Source: a virus (Duplodnaviria > Heunggongvirae > Uroviricota > Caudoviricetes). From it: a stretch of 64,000 nucleotides of DNA. The translations under genes and the position numbers were made by a program. The notes beneath the pieces are model-generated. The model was given only the letters and a program-made list of their open reading frames with translations. It had not been told where the DNA came from and ran no database searches. Of the stretch, positions 38,031 through 47,168 are shown piece after piece (position 1 is the stretch's first letter; each line of letters starts with the position of its first letter). Location: positions 1 to 64,000 of IMG/VR virus record IMGVR_UViG_2913177423_000001, one strand, 5' to 3'.

Positions 38031-38297
38031 TTATGGTTCGCATTTCCATATGGTGTTCTGAACGCCAGTACCGGGCGCGAGATGGGGGTTAGCGTTCGCG
38101 CTATGCTGATATACGGCTTTAGACTTTCCATATTGCTGACAGGCTTTATCTGCGGTTTTTTGCAGGCTATCCAGCCCATACCAGCCATCTGACTGAATGC
38201 TTACCTTTTCACCGTCGTTGTATTGCACCATCGCACACCCGGACATAGCCAACATCGCACCGACAATAACGCTTTTCCATAAAACTCTATGCAACAT
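38031..38297 (-). CDS. small lipoprotein
   Basis: signal peptide with lipobox LAMSGC; ATG at 38297 after GAGGGGA. Confidence 0.5.
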   Translation of the reverse strand: MLHRVLWKSVIVGAMLAMSGCAMVQYNDGEKVSIQSDGWYGLDSLQKTADKACQQYGKSKAVYQHSANANPHLAPGTGVQNTIWKCEP

Positions 38298-38366
38298 ATA
38301 CAAAAATCCCCTCTGTGAATTAAGGGGATTTTAACATGGTGATCGGATATCAGCTTTATCCGGAAT

Positions 38367-39119
38367 TTAATCAGCCTCCAGTGGCAATAACGCCTTAGCC
38401 ATTTCATGAATCAGCATGGCATCAATGACGCCTAGCGTATGGCCCGGCTTAATCTTTAATGCGGCCTCAAGATAGCCTCTTTCCAGAGTGGTTTTTACGC
38501 TTTTCCTGGGCGCTTGTTGGGGACTATCCGGAAGATCCGGATGGTTGCCAGCCTCATAAGCTACCCGCAACCAGTGCATGAATGTTTCCGCAGACACACA
38601 ACCACAGTCCACATCGATTTTCCCGCGTTGCTGTTCCAGCCATTGCTCAAAATCTAACTTGCAAGCCTTACTTTCAAGTTCATCACCATTGAACTCGACT
38701 TTCTGCGACGCTATGAGAGCGGCTTCGTACTGTTCGCGAGAGACAACTGACTGGTATTCATCGCTATCAAGGTCACGAATTGGAAGCTCAATCTCACGAC
38801 AAAAATTCCGCCCATAGAACTGGTCTTTTTTGTGGTCTGAGCCAAAAGCAAAAGTCGCGCATGGCGCCATTAAATTGACACTGAGTATGTGACAATAACT
38901 CATGCCATCAGGCCATCCGCCGCACTTAGGCAACTCCTTCACTAATAAGTCGATCAGCTTCATTGTTTTACCATCTTTGCAAGTCGCCAAAGCCATTTGA
39001 GCAAGCGCCAATACTTCATCTGCCGTATATCCAGCACCGTGACCATACATTTCTATTCGGGAAATAATCTCTGATATACGCTCTTTATTGATTCTGATCA
39101 TAGTTCTATTTCCTTGCAT
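38367..39119 (-). CDS. hypothetical protein (250 aa)
   Basis: long ORF in leftward operon; Cys-rich; no motif recognised. Confidence 0.5.
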   Translation of the reverse strand: MQGNRTMIRINKERISEIISRIEMYGHGAGYTADEVLALAQMALATCKDGKTMKLIDLLVKELPKCGGWPDGMSYCHILSVNLMAPCATFAFGSDHKKDQFYGRNFCREIELPIRDLDSDEYQSVVSREQYEAALIASQKVEFNGDELESKACKLDFEQWLEQQRGKIDVDCGCVSAETFMHWLRVAYEAGNHPDLPDSPQQAPRKSVKTTLERGYLEAALKIKPGHTLGVIDAMLIHEMAKALLPLEAD

Positions 39120-39322
39120 GGTTCGCCTTTACGGCACACAGTAGCGCGATCATTTCTCACATTAACCACTGTCACCGTCCCATCATCACATTGAGTAACA
39201 ATGAAAGGGTATTCGCTCTCTTTTATGCAATGTTGCTGTTCTCCAGCCGTTACAACAAAGGGGATTAATAAAGTCAAAAGCACTGCTAATTTACTAAATG
39301 TAGCCATAGCGATCGTTACCAT
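39098..39322 (-). CDS. small secreted Cys-containing protein
   Basis: N-terminal signal-like hydrophobic segment then four Cys. Confidence 0.4.
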   Translation of the reverse strand: MVTIAMATFSKLAVLLTLLIPFVVTAGEQQHCIKESEYPFIVTQCDDGTVTVVNVRNDRATVCRKGEPCKEIEL

Positions 39323-39522
39323 AACTTTCCTCCTGACTCAAAGTCAGCTATAAGCCAGGCTGCAAAAAGCGGAAACCCGCTCCAAAAACCACACGCCTCC
39401 GTACCCCATGTCACACCACCAGCCAACAAAACAAATAAACCGCAAAAGCATACAAACAAAAAAGTAATCCAAATTTCTTTCTGTTTTTCATTATGGTTGA
39501 CTCCAGTTATCTTCAATAACAA
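39316..39522 (-). CDS. small membrane protein (68 aa)
   Basis: two hydrophobic helices. Confidence 0.35.
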   Translation of the reverse strand: MLLKITGVNHNEKQKEIWITFLFVCFCGLFVLLAGGVTWGTEACGFWSGFPLFAAWLIADFESGGKLW

Positions 39523-39784
39523 TACTTAACCTCTGAAGCCATTCAGCTAATTTCAACATGGCTTCTCTTTCGCTTAAACCACGCGGAAAATCATCAAGCG
39601 AAATTGCTGGCTTGATGATCCCCGAATTATCCATTTCAACGGTCAGATTTTGCTCCAGCACGGTATTCCTTACGCGGCTATTGTGCCGAAGCAAATATAC
39701 TGAACGTGATTTATTGGTTTTGTGGTCGAACGTATATTCGGTAAGTATCATCTGGCTTCCGCCATGATTATTACCGCGCCACAT
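39491..39784 (-). CDS. hypothetical protein (97 aa)
   Basis: ORF in leftward operon. Confidence 0.4.
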   Translation of the reverse strand: MWRGNNHGGSQMILTEYTFDHKTNKSRSVYLLRHNSRVRNTVLEQNLTVEMDNSGIIKPAISLDDFPRGLSEREAMLKLAEWLQRLSIVIEDNWSQP

Positions 39785-39796
39785 AATTACTCCGTG

Positions 39797-40213
39797 TTAA
39801 TAAGAGAAATAGACCGTTGCAACACTGTTATATTGGTCGAACGAAATAGCATTTACTTCATAGCTGGTGGGCAGCTTCTTACCAAGAATGTAGCCTGGCC
39901 ATGAGTTCCACGGAATTTCTGCACGGTCGTCGTCTTGCCACATTACGCAACCAAGAGAGCCAACCATTTCACCATATCGCTTGCCACAAGTAACAAAGCC
40001 GATATTCGGCTTTTCTTGTGTTACTGATACCGTGGTGGTATTGGCAGATGCATTGATTGCAGTACGCCGCGCTTGCTCGCTAGCGATAGAAGCATTTACT
40101 GCCGCCGTGGTCGCTGCTGTTGCCGCCGCTCCAGCGGCAATAACTGACGCGTGGGATAAATGACTGGCTGATAACATAGCCAGAAAAATAATAGCTCTTT
40201 GAAATTTAGCCAT
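39797..40213 (-). CDS. secreted protein with signal peptide (138 aa)
   Basis: N-terminal signal sequence MAKFQRAIIFLAMLSASHLSHA followed by Ala/Thr-rich region. Confidence 0.45.
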   Translation of the reverse strand: MAKFQRAIIFLAMLSASHLSHASVIAAGAAATAATTAAVNASIASEQARRTAINASANTTTVSVTQEKPNIGFVTCGKRYGEMVGSLGCVMWQDDDRAEIPWNSWPGYILGKKLPTSYEVNAISFDQYNSVATVYFSY

Positions 40214-40487
40214 TGATATTCACCTTTATTGCGTACACCTTTACCGGATTCTCTCCAAAGTGCGGATGTGTAATTGTCTTTATTTCATACCCTTCATACG
40301 GGACGTCTATTCTGCGACTGGAGTCGTCGCGCTTCGGATATCCCCTTGTGATAATCAGGCGGTCATACTCCCGGAACATAATTCGCTTATTCCAGTAGTC
40401 ATTACACAGGCGATACTCTTCCGTTTTCTCTCCGCGAATGATGGCATCGAAGTATTCACCTTTAACGGCAAGTTGCAGGTTAGCCAC
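40206..40487 (-). CDS. ASCH/PUA-like small protein
   Basis: GTG at 40487 preceded by AAGGAG; GEYFDAIIRGEKTEEYRL pattern resembles ASCH domain proteins. Confidence 0.4.
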   Translation of the reverse strand: MANLQLAVKGEYFDAIIRGEKTEEYRLCNDYWNKRIMFREYDRLIITRGYPKRDDSSRRIDVPYEGYEIKTITHPHFGENPVKVYAIKVNING

Positions 40488-40989
40488 GGTTAACTCCTTG
40501 CTGTGTGGCGTCGAGTAATAAATCCCACAACCGCTGAGAGCAATTTCCGCATGTACAGCGTTGACCCACAACGTTTATCGCGTTGCTGATTTCCGGCGTT
40601 ACCTGTTTAGGAACCATAACCCAACCATCCGGAGTTACCGGAGAGTTGCGCATTGCGACCTTTAATGCCTCATAGAAGCAACTTTTCAGATTGTTGAACT
40701 GACGCCCATTTAGAGGGCCGTGTTCAGTCAGCATGTTGTGTAATTTCCATGCCGCGTCGTTTACTTCGTTGGATGACAGGGGAGGCAGCTTGTAAGCCTG
40801 GCTTACAGGCTCGTCACCATTAAGCATGGCAGCGCGGAGTTTCTGTATCTCCCGTGCCATTATTGCGTCCTGACGAGGAGTGAACATATCACCTGCAATA
40901 ATTCTGTTTAGTTCCTCGTCAGTGAACTCATAATCATCAGGAACATTGTTAACCTCAGCATAAAGAGGCTTTTTGGTAGAAATGGTCAT
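40480..40989 (-). CDS. hypothetical protein (169 aa)
   Basis: ORF in leftward operon. Confidence 0.5.
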   Translation of the reverse strand: MTISTKKPLYAEVNNVPDDYEFTDEELNRIIAGDMFTPRQDAIMAREIQKLRAAMLNGDEPVSQAYKLPPLSSNEVNDAAWKLHNMLTEHGPLNGRQFNNLKSCFYEALKVAMRNSPVTPDGWVMVPKQVTPEISNAINVVGQRCTCGNCSQRLWDLLLDATQQGVNRG

Positions 40990-41612
40990 CGTAAAACACC
41001 CTCCACACTTACCAGTCCGTTCCGCAAAAGATAATCCATCGCCCTATCTGGTAATTTGCAATCAGGTTTTGCTTTTTTCAGTTGGCTGACCAATTGTTTA
41101 ACCAGCATTGTTAATTCGATAACCTGGTAGCGCGGCAATGGTGAATTATCGGATTTGTCCTGACTGTCTGCGCTGCATGAATGCCCTTCCAGCCAAGCCA
41201 ATGCTTGTCGCATGAAATACGCAATATGTTTGCCGTGGTAATCGTCTTCATCGATGTGAAAAGCGATACTGCGGATGTATTCAATTGCGTTTTCAATGGC
41301 CTCCGGCGTTATCGGCGCTGACATATTTTGATTTTGGAATGCCAAGACGCGGCTGGCATCCTCAACACCTTTAACTGCATCTGCGCAGTAGTTATAGCGA
41401 TTGCATTCCACTAACTTCTGCTTGAGATTTTCAATTGCTTGCGCGATTTTATCCGGCACTGGCGGTTCTGCCCGGCCTTTCCAGCCTTCCCACATGGCAG
41501 CCATCATCACGAACCAGGTGTTTCCACAGCCATCTTTTTTGTTATCAAAGAACCAGTCAGCGAACTCTAGGCTCATGCCATTTTGTTCTGCTATTTCATA
41601 TCGATTATCCAT
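40986..41612 (-). CDS. hypothetical protein (208 aa)
   Basis: ATGA-coupled ORF. Confidence 0.5.
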   Translation of the reverse strand: MDNRYEIAEQNGMSLEFADWFFDNKKDGCGNTWFVMMAAMWEGWKGRAEPPVPDKIAQAIENLKQKLVECNRYNYCADAVKGVEDASRVLAFQNQNMSAPITPEAIENAIEYIRSIAFHIDEDDYHGKHIAYFMRQALAWLEGHSCSADSQDKSDNSPLPRYQVIELTMLVKQLVSQLKKAKPDCKLPDRAMDYLLRNGLVSVEGVLR

Positions 41613-41627
41613 TGTTCATCTCCTTGT

Positions 41628-41909
41628 TTAGCATGGCGGCGCGGCGTATAGCTTACGGGTCTGAACGCCTTCCCCAAGGCGTTTCTCTCCCTCGGCAAAC
41701 CATTCGAAAGCACATTCCCCGCAATCTTCCCATTCCCCCCATTCATCATTTTCTGCATCCCACTGGCGATACTGATATGCCACAGGCTCTGCTCCCAGCG
41801 ATGCCAGCGCAATTTCATAAGCACGGCGCTCAATATTGTCTCTAACGTCCAGGCTACCGATTCGCTCTTTGATTTCTTTAATCAGTTCTTTGTCTGTAAA
41901 AGTGTTCAT
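41628..41909 (-). CDS. hypothetical acidic Trp-rich protein (93 aa)
   Basis: ORF in leftward operon. Confidence 0.45.
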   Translation of the reverse strand: MNTFTDKELIKEIKERIGSLDVRDNIERRAYEIALASLGAEPVAYQYRQWDAENDEWGEWEDCGECAFEWFAEGEKRLGEGVQTRKLYAAPPC

Positions 41910-41912
41910 AGG

Positions 41913-42101
41913 TTATCCTCTAAGTGCCACAACGCGCACTTCCGGGTCAAAGGATGATGAATTTTCATCTGTAATATCAGCGACATGGACTACGAAATCG
42001 TTATAGTCACCCTCTGATTGGTCATAGCCCTGCCAGACCACGACAGCCTCAGGAGGCATTTTTCTGAGCTTGCTGATTAACTGCCTCACTGTCAGTGACA
42101 T
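41913..42101 (-). CDS. hypothetical small protein (62 aa)
   Basis: internal ATG at 42101 removes overlap with the upstream gene. Confidence 0.35.
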   Translation of the reverse strand: MSLTVRQLISKLRKMPPEAVVVWQGYDQSEGDYNDFVVHVADITDENSSSFDPEVRVVALRG

Positions 42102-42102
42102 A

Positions 42103-42657
42103 TCACTCTCCTTTGATGCGAATGCCAGCGGCGCGGATAGATTTCCATTGTTCCCACATTCGGTTGAAGTCTGTGCCTGATAAGGTTGCGTTACGGTATC
42201 CAGTTTCGGTACGCAATCCTTCAAGCGTCGATTTGGAGATACAAATTGAATGCATTACCCATGATTCAAACAAATCACGCTCCCGAGCTTCGCAACTTTG
42301 CTTACTCATATATTCGATACGATCAGCCATCGCAGCGCACTCTTCAAAGTTGCTAAATGCCTTTCGCTCCCATTCAGCGCATTGTTTTCTAAGCTCTGCA
42401 ATCAGCTTGTCTTTGCCTTCCAGCTCAACGCGCAGCTTCCCTACCGTTAGCGCAATATCCTCATTCTCCTGATCGCGGTGTTTGATGTATTGCTGGTTTC
42501 TTTCCCGTTCATCCAGAAGCGCTAGCACAATGTGTGGCGTTATCAAGGACTCAAATTCGGTAACAGCTTGCTCACCTCGCTTGTAATTCTTAATCCCACC
42601 TAAATTTTTCGCGTTCTGTGCCGCCTCACGCAGTGCCTGGTAATTAATTTCGCTCAC
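42103..42657 (-). CDS. coiled-coil protein, member of a three-gene paralog family
   Basis: shares the L-VELE-K-IAEL coiled-coil motif with 42654..43361 and 43681..44382. Confidence 0.5.
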   Translation of the reverse strand: MSEINYQALREAAQNAKNLGGIKNYKRGEQAVTEFESLITPHIVLALLDERERNQQYIKHRDQENEDIALTVGKLRVELEGKDKLIAELRKQCAEWERKAFSNFEECAAMADRIEYMSKQSCEARERDLFESWVMHSICISKSTLEGLRTETGYRNATLSGTDFNRMWEQWKSIRAAGIRIKGE

Positions 42658-43361
42658 TGGCTGCCTCCTTTGCGAAGCTCTGCGGCAAAGTCAGTGGCAT
42701 GTTCACCGAGTAGTTTCCAGTTATCGCGTATATCAGATGCAAGCGACTGTTCGGATTTTGAGTTACATTTCTGTGCAAACATCTCCACCCCCTGCGCCCG
42801 CACTTCAGCCAGGAAAGCGCCAGTAGCAGGAGTGTCAATGCAAACACTGTCACGAAGGATGAAGAACGCATTAAGCATTCCTCTTTCTGGTACATCGTCC
42901 TGGCATTCCTCATATGCAGCCAATGCATCCATCATTTTCTGACCGAATTGCGGAGGTTGTGCAGATTTCAGTGCTATATTCTCCGCCGCCAGCGTCGCGC
43001 GATTGCTCTCCAGTTCTGCAATGCGCTGTTTTGCGGCATCAAGTTCAATCGACAATTTTTCCAACTGCTCTTTATGCTTTTTGTATGCCTGATATGCGTG
43101 CCAGGACTGTCCTTTGCGCACACTTTCAGTAATATCAGAAATCTGTTCTGGTGTTAGCGTGGTCAGTGGCTGCGCCGGGAAAATCAGCACTTTCCCGGCA
43201 TCCCAATCAAAACCCGCCTGAATTGACTGAACCTCAACTGATGGTGTTGAACCAATGCTACCTGGTGAATGGATAACAATCGCCATGTCCATATCACGAT
43301 GCTGGCAGTGTTTGTTGGACAAGATACGATTCACCAACTCAGAAAATTTGGAAAATTTCAT
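42654..43361 (-). CDS. coiled-coil protein, member of a three-gene paralog family
   Basis: [20 protein letters not shown] and C-terminal [15 protein letters not shown] match the paralogs; start likely ATG at 43361. Confidence 0.5.
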   Translation of the reverse strand: MKFSKFSELVNRILSNKHCQHRDMDMAIVIHSPGSIGSTPSVEVQSIQAGFDWDAGKVLIFPAQPLTTLTPEQISDITESVRKGQSWHAYQAYKKHKEQLEKLSIELDAAKQRIAELESNRATLAAENIALKSAQPPQFGQKMMDALAAYEECQDDVPERGMLNAFFILRDSVCIDTPATGAFLAEVRAQGVEMFAQKCNSKSEQSLASDIRDNWKLLGEHATDFAAELRKGGSQ

Positions 43362-43684
43362 GCTGATTCCCTTTGCTCTTCTTGGATAATGTTGTTGCAA
43401 TCTTTCACGCACTCGTCACAGATGAAAACGTTGTCCCCGGCAATTAACTTTTTGACGGTGTGCTGGGATTTATTGCAGAAGCTGCAATAAAGCGTTGGAC
43501 TGGCTGATACGGATGGTGCTCCGGATGTCAGCCGCGCGATGTCGTCCTTGCGGCGCAACATCACACGGCAGCACTCAGCAAGTTTCTCCGGGGAGATTCC
43601 TTCCTCCGTGGCGAGTGCCTCCAGTCGTTCAAGCACGTGGAAGGCTTTTTCCTGGGTAAATGCAGAATGTGATATGGCCATCAT
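43358..43684 (-). CDS. ClpX-type zinc-binding-domain protein
   Basis: C-terminal [39 protein letters not shown] is near-identical in pattern to the ClpX N-terminal C4 zinc finger. Confidence 0.65.
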   Translation of the reverse strand: MMAISHSAFTQEKAFHVLERLEALATEEGISPEKLAECCRVMLRRKDDIARLTSGAPSVSASPTLYCSFCNKSQHTVKKLIAGDNVFICDECVKDCNNIIQEEQRESA

Positions 43685-44382
43685 CTCTCCCCTTCAAAGT
43701 TCGGGCGCAGGCAGGATTGTCCTTTACGAAGCAGGGCTGCGAACCTGTCAGCCGCATCCGCGCAAGCAGAAGCAACGGAATCAAAAAATGGATCATCTCC
43801 GGTATCGCGCATCGTCAAAGCGAATGCCTCCAATCCCTGAGCCTGTATTTCTACAAGATAAGCCTCAGATATAGTGCTTTTCGCTTCACCTAACTCGTTA
43901 TGAGCTATGTTCGCTACACATGCGATGTCTATATCTGGATGATTAATTGGGAGATGGCTAAGAATTGCCTCAAGTGCTGCTTTTTTGTTTTGGCATTCCG
44001 CCACCAGCGCCCCGCTATTGCTTTCCAGCTCTGCAATACACTTTTTAGCGGCCTCCAGCTCAACACGCAGCTTCTCAAGCGTTAGGGCCATCTCCACTTT
44101 CTCGTCCAGCAGTTCAATCACATCAGGATCGCTACCATCAACTACTGATATGCGCGAATTTTTGTAATGCTCGTCAGCATAAGTTCGTCCAGTTTTGAAG
44201 CGTCCGTCAGCCTCCATGCCGGAACAGGCATAAACAACATGTGATCCAGATATGCGTTCCATTGACATTTCCTCGCCACAAACAGAGCATTTAGGCGCTG
44301 GTTTCGGTGAATAACGTTCACGTAACGGATAGTAAAGCTCGATCTCCGCCAGTTGCTCTGGCGTTAAACCTTCAGACTTCAT
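43681..44382 (-). CDS. coiled-coil protein with N-terminal Cys cluster, member of a three-gene paralog family
   Basis: [20 protein letters not shown] and [16 protein letters not shown] shared with paralogs. Confidence 0.5.
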   Translation of the reverse strand: MKSEGLTPEQLAEIELYYPLRERYSPKPAPKCSVCGEEMSMERISGSHVVYACSGMEADGRFKTGRTYADEHYKNSRISVVDGSDPDVIELLDEKVEMALTLEKLRVELEAAKKCIAELESNSGALVAECQNKKAALEAILSHLPINHPDIDIACVANIAHNELGEAKSTISEAYLVEIQAQGLEAFALTMRDTGDDPFFDSVASACADAADRFAALLRKGQSCLRPNFEGER

Positions 44383-44689
44383 GCACTCTCCTTTCGAAAT
44401 AAACGTACTGATTAATCATGCCCAGGGGCATTTCGAGTTTTTCCGCGATCTCACGGCGGGGAACGCCACACTGATGAAGCTGCCGCGCCAGCTCTATATC
44501 GCTCTGCCGATATTTGGCTGACTGGTGAAAGTCACCTTTCAGAATCATTCTGATCCCCAGTTCCCGCGCTTTAGTCCTGACAGCATCTCCGGTACGCCCG
44601 ATCAGCCTCCCGATACTCTCGACTGTCATAGTTCCGGCGCACTGGCGGAGTATCATGATTTCTGCCCTTCTCCATCCCCGCCATCTCAC
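44372..44689 (-). CDS. small HTH DNA-binding protein
   Basis: C-terminal HTH-like segment RREIAEKLEMPLGMINQY. Confidence 0.4.
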   Translation of the reverse strand: MRWRGWRRAEIMILRQCAGTMTVESIGRLIGRTGDAVRTKARELGIRMILKGDFHQSAKYRQSDIELARQLHQCGVPRREIAEKLEMPLGMINQYVYFERRVHEV

Positions 44690-45309
44690 GCTGACATCCT
44701 CTGAGACATAAACTCCACAAAACGAACTGCATCTTCAGAAACAACGCCGCATGACTTCAGATAATTCATTGCGTCATTAGGTAGCGGATTAGTTGGTTCG
44801 GCATTTGCCAGGGGTTGAGATAAACGCGTGATTAATTTGACCATTCTCCGCTGCCGGAGGTTGTATCCTTCAGCTAAAGACAGGTAACTGGAAAGGGTAT
44901 TGCTTAAGCGGGCGCGAAGCTGATCCGTGCCGTGACATTCAATAGCAACATCACGTAACGCATCGACCAGTTCACGGTAAATATGCGCAGCCATTCTGCA
45001 ATCTGAGTCAGACGGCGCTTCATAAATTACCGTCAGCTCCAGTTTTTCAGCCAGGGCGTGTTCTGCTCGTGCTCCTGCGGACGCTTCCCAGCCATTAAGC
45101 AGATAGATAGCATCAGCAGAACGCACCATTGCCAGGCAAATATCCATGTATTCGCTCTGACAAAGGCCACCAGGTAATACCGCCGGATTAAGAACGATAT
45201 GCCCTTCAGCCATCAGCTCGCTCGCTTTCGCATTAAACGCCGCGCGGTTGTAATCTGGATAACCAGTCATCGGACCCGCGATGTAAATTTTCAAAACACG
45301 TTTCACCAT
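44686..45309 (-). CDS. DUF4406 / nucleoside 2-deoxyribosyltransferase-like protein
   Basis: N-terminal KIYIAGPMTGYPDYN motif; ATG at 45309 after GGGGAA. Confidence 0.5.
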   Translation of the reverse strand: MVKRVLKIYIAGPMTGYPDYNRAAFNAKASELMAEGHIVLNPAVLPGGLCQSEYMDICLAMVRSADAIYLLNGWEASAGARAEHALAEKLELTVIYEAPSDSDCRMAAHIYRELVDALRDVAIECHGTDQLRARLSNTLSSYLSLAEGYNLRQRRMVKLITRLSQPLANAEPTNPLPNDAMNYLKSCGVVSEDAVRFVEFMSQRMSA

Positions 45310-45504
45310 CAAAATTTCCCCAGCATCGTGACGCAAAACATAAGCACTGCAAAAAGCTCAATACCAAGCTCAAGTAGCGCCAACGCGCCGAAAAACAGCA
45401 CATAAAACAGGCCGATCTCATTCACAGGTGGCTGGTGGATCGCACTTAAGGCTATAAGCATCATGTCCTCCAAACAGTAAACAGCGACTGATATTAATGT
45501 TTTG

Positions 45505-45534
45505 TGTTAGAAAATCAATTTTGAATATCTAACA
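45505..45534. promoter_or_regulatory. inverted pair of C1-like operator motifs
   Basis: TGTTAGAAAATCAATTT on plus strand overlapping TGTTAGATATTCAAAAT on minus strand, in the divergent region upstream of the ref-like gene. Confidence 0.5.
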
Positions 45535-45582
45535 AATATGATCAATCATAAAAAAATCGCTGATAAGTAAGAGGCAGCCAAC

Positions 45583-46161
45583 ATGCAGAGACAGAGTTAT
45601 TGGGAGAAACAGAGACAAAAAGCCATGCAAAAACTGGCTGATCCGGAATGGCGGGAAGAGCAAAGGGCAAAACGTCTTCAGCAGGCTCAACGCCAGCAGC
45701 AACGCGCAAGGGAAAAAGCCGCATCGCCTGAATATCGTCAAAAGAAACTTGAAAAAGTGAGGCAAAGTGAACAGCGCAGAAGAGAGAGGGCGGCGTCAGC
45801 CCTCCCCAAAAAAACGCGCCCGTCACGCGGATTAAAAGGGAGATCACTCACAGCAGAAGAGCGCCGGATACAGGAGGCTATAGGCAAACTCCCCTGTATT
45901 GCCTGCCATCTTCACGGGAAGCATAGCCCTGTCGTATCTCTCCACCACATATTTGGCAGAACGGCTAAAGATGCCCATAAATACGTTCTCCCTTTGTGTA
46001 AATGGCACCACCAGCACGCAGCGCCAGCAGAGATCCGCGAACAATATCCCTGGTTGGTTCCTGTTCATGCTGATGGAAAAATAGGCGGGAAAGCAGATTT
46101 TATACGGCACAATGCCGAAGAGATGACGCTCTATCAGACGGTGCAAGAAATGGTGAATTAA
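45583..46161 (+). CDS. ref: Ref-like HNH endonuclease
   Basis: 192 aa; highly charged disordered N-terminus followed by HNH-like Cys/His cluster CIACHLHGKH and CKWHHQ, as in P1 Ref. Confidence 0.7.
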   Translation: MQRQSYWEKQRQKAMQKLADPEWREEQRAKRLQQAQRQQQRAREKAASPEYRQKKLEKVRQSEQRRRERAASALPKKTRPSRGLKGRSLTAEERRIQEAIGKLPCIACHLHGKHSPVVSLHHIFGRTAKDAHKYVLPLCKWHHQHAAPAEIREQYPWLVPVHADGKIGGKADFIRHNAEEMTLYQTVQEMVN

Positions 46162-46171
46162 TTTTCTAACA
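46155..46171 (-). promoter_or_regulatory. C1-like operator motif copy
   Basis: GAATTAATTTTCTAACA, 16 of 17 to consensus, overlapping the ref-like stop. Confidence 0.5.
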
Positions 46172-46952
46172 TTTTATGTTGAGTTTGAAATTTACTGATT
46201 GTACATTTTGATTAGATTGGTTCACCGCTCGACGCAACGAGACAAATCCTCAAGGATTTCGTATGATTGCCAATGTCATAGTTATGGCAGCGCAATACAG
46301 GTGGCTAAAAGCCCCCGTTGACTCACGGTGTTCCAACCTGTATTGCGCCGCCACCAGACCGTGGAACAGTCTGTGACGGCTTCGAAAGCAAGGAGTCACT
46401 ATGAACAATTACAAACTTTTCCCATCACTCACCGTCTACTCACGCAATAACCTGCGTTCTTTGCTCCCATCAAAACTGGAGGGAGTATCAAAATGACCGT
46501 TCGCTACCTGAATTATCAAATCCAGAACATCACTGGCGGTTGCTATGACTGGTTTGTCACTCTTGGTAAAGAAGTGATCACCGGGAAGCTGGATGAAGTG
46601 AAAGCTAAAGCAATGGCCTACGCCTGCAAGCAAGCCCAAAAGAAGAAAAGAAAAGCATAAGAAAACACACTGTTGCGCCCTGGCATTATCGTGGGGTATA
46701 TTTCTACGGCACCTTAGAAAAACGGGTGCCGGGATTGGTCTCCCGGTAATGTCAAAGGCGACACATAGACGCCGCAAGCGTCTTTTTTGTTGTCGGCGCA
46801 CTCGCACACCTATCAATGGTGGGCTGTGTGGTGGCTTCCTCGGAAGCGCCGGTTCCCTTTGACGCCGGTAAGACCAACTCCACACAGTCCACCGCCAGTA
46901 AGATTGGTCTCTTCGGCGGTGGTATCGTTCACTGTCAAAGGAGGCTGCCAAT

Positions 46953-47168
46953 ATGGCTACTACCCCTACCCCAACTCATTCTGAATTTATCTGGCGTTTC
47001 TATTCCTGCCAAAAACACCTGTATATCTGCGTAATGGCTGCTACCGAAGCAGAAGCTCGCTCATACCTTCCTGATACTCCCTGCATTTTTGCTGCCCGCT
47101 TCACTCTTGATGCGATGGAGATCCTCAATTACTGGAATCTGCCGATGAACTGCGTGGAGGTGCACTGA
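46953..47168 (+). CDS. hypothetical 71-aa protein, paralog of 10184..10408
   Basis: ATG with AAAGGAGG upstream; shares EFIWRF and AATEAEAR motifs. Confidence 0.5.
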   Translation: MATTPTPTHSEFIWRFYSCQKHLYICVMAATEAEARSYLPDTPCIFAARFTLDAMEILNYWNLPMNCVEVH

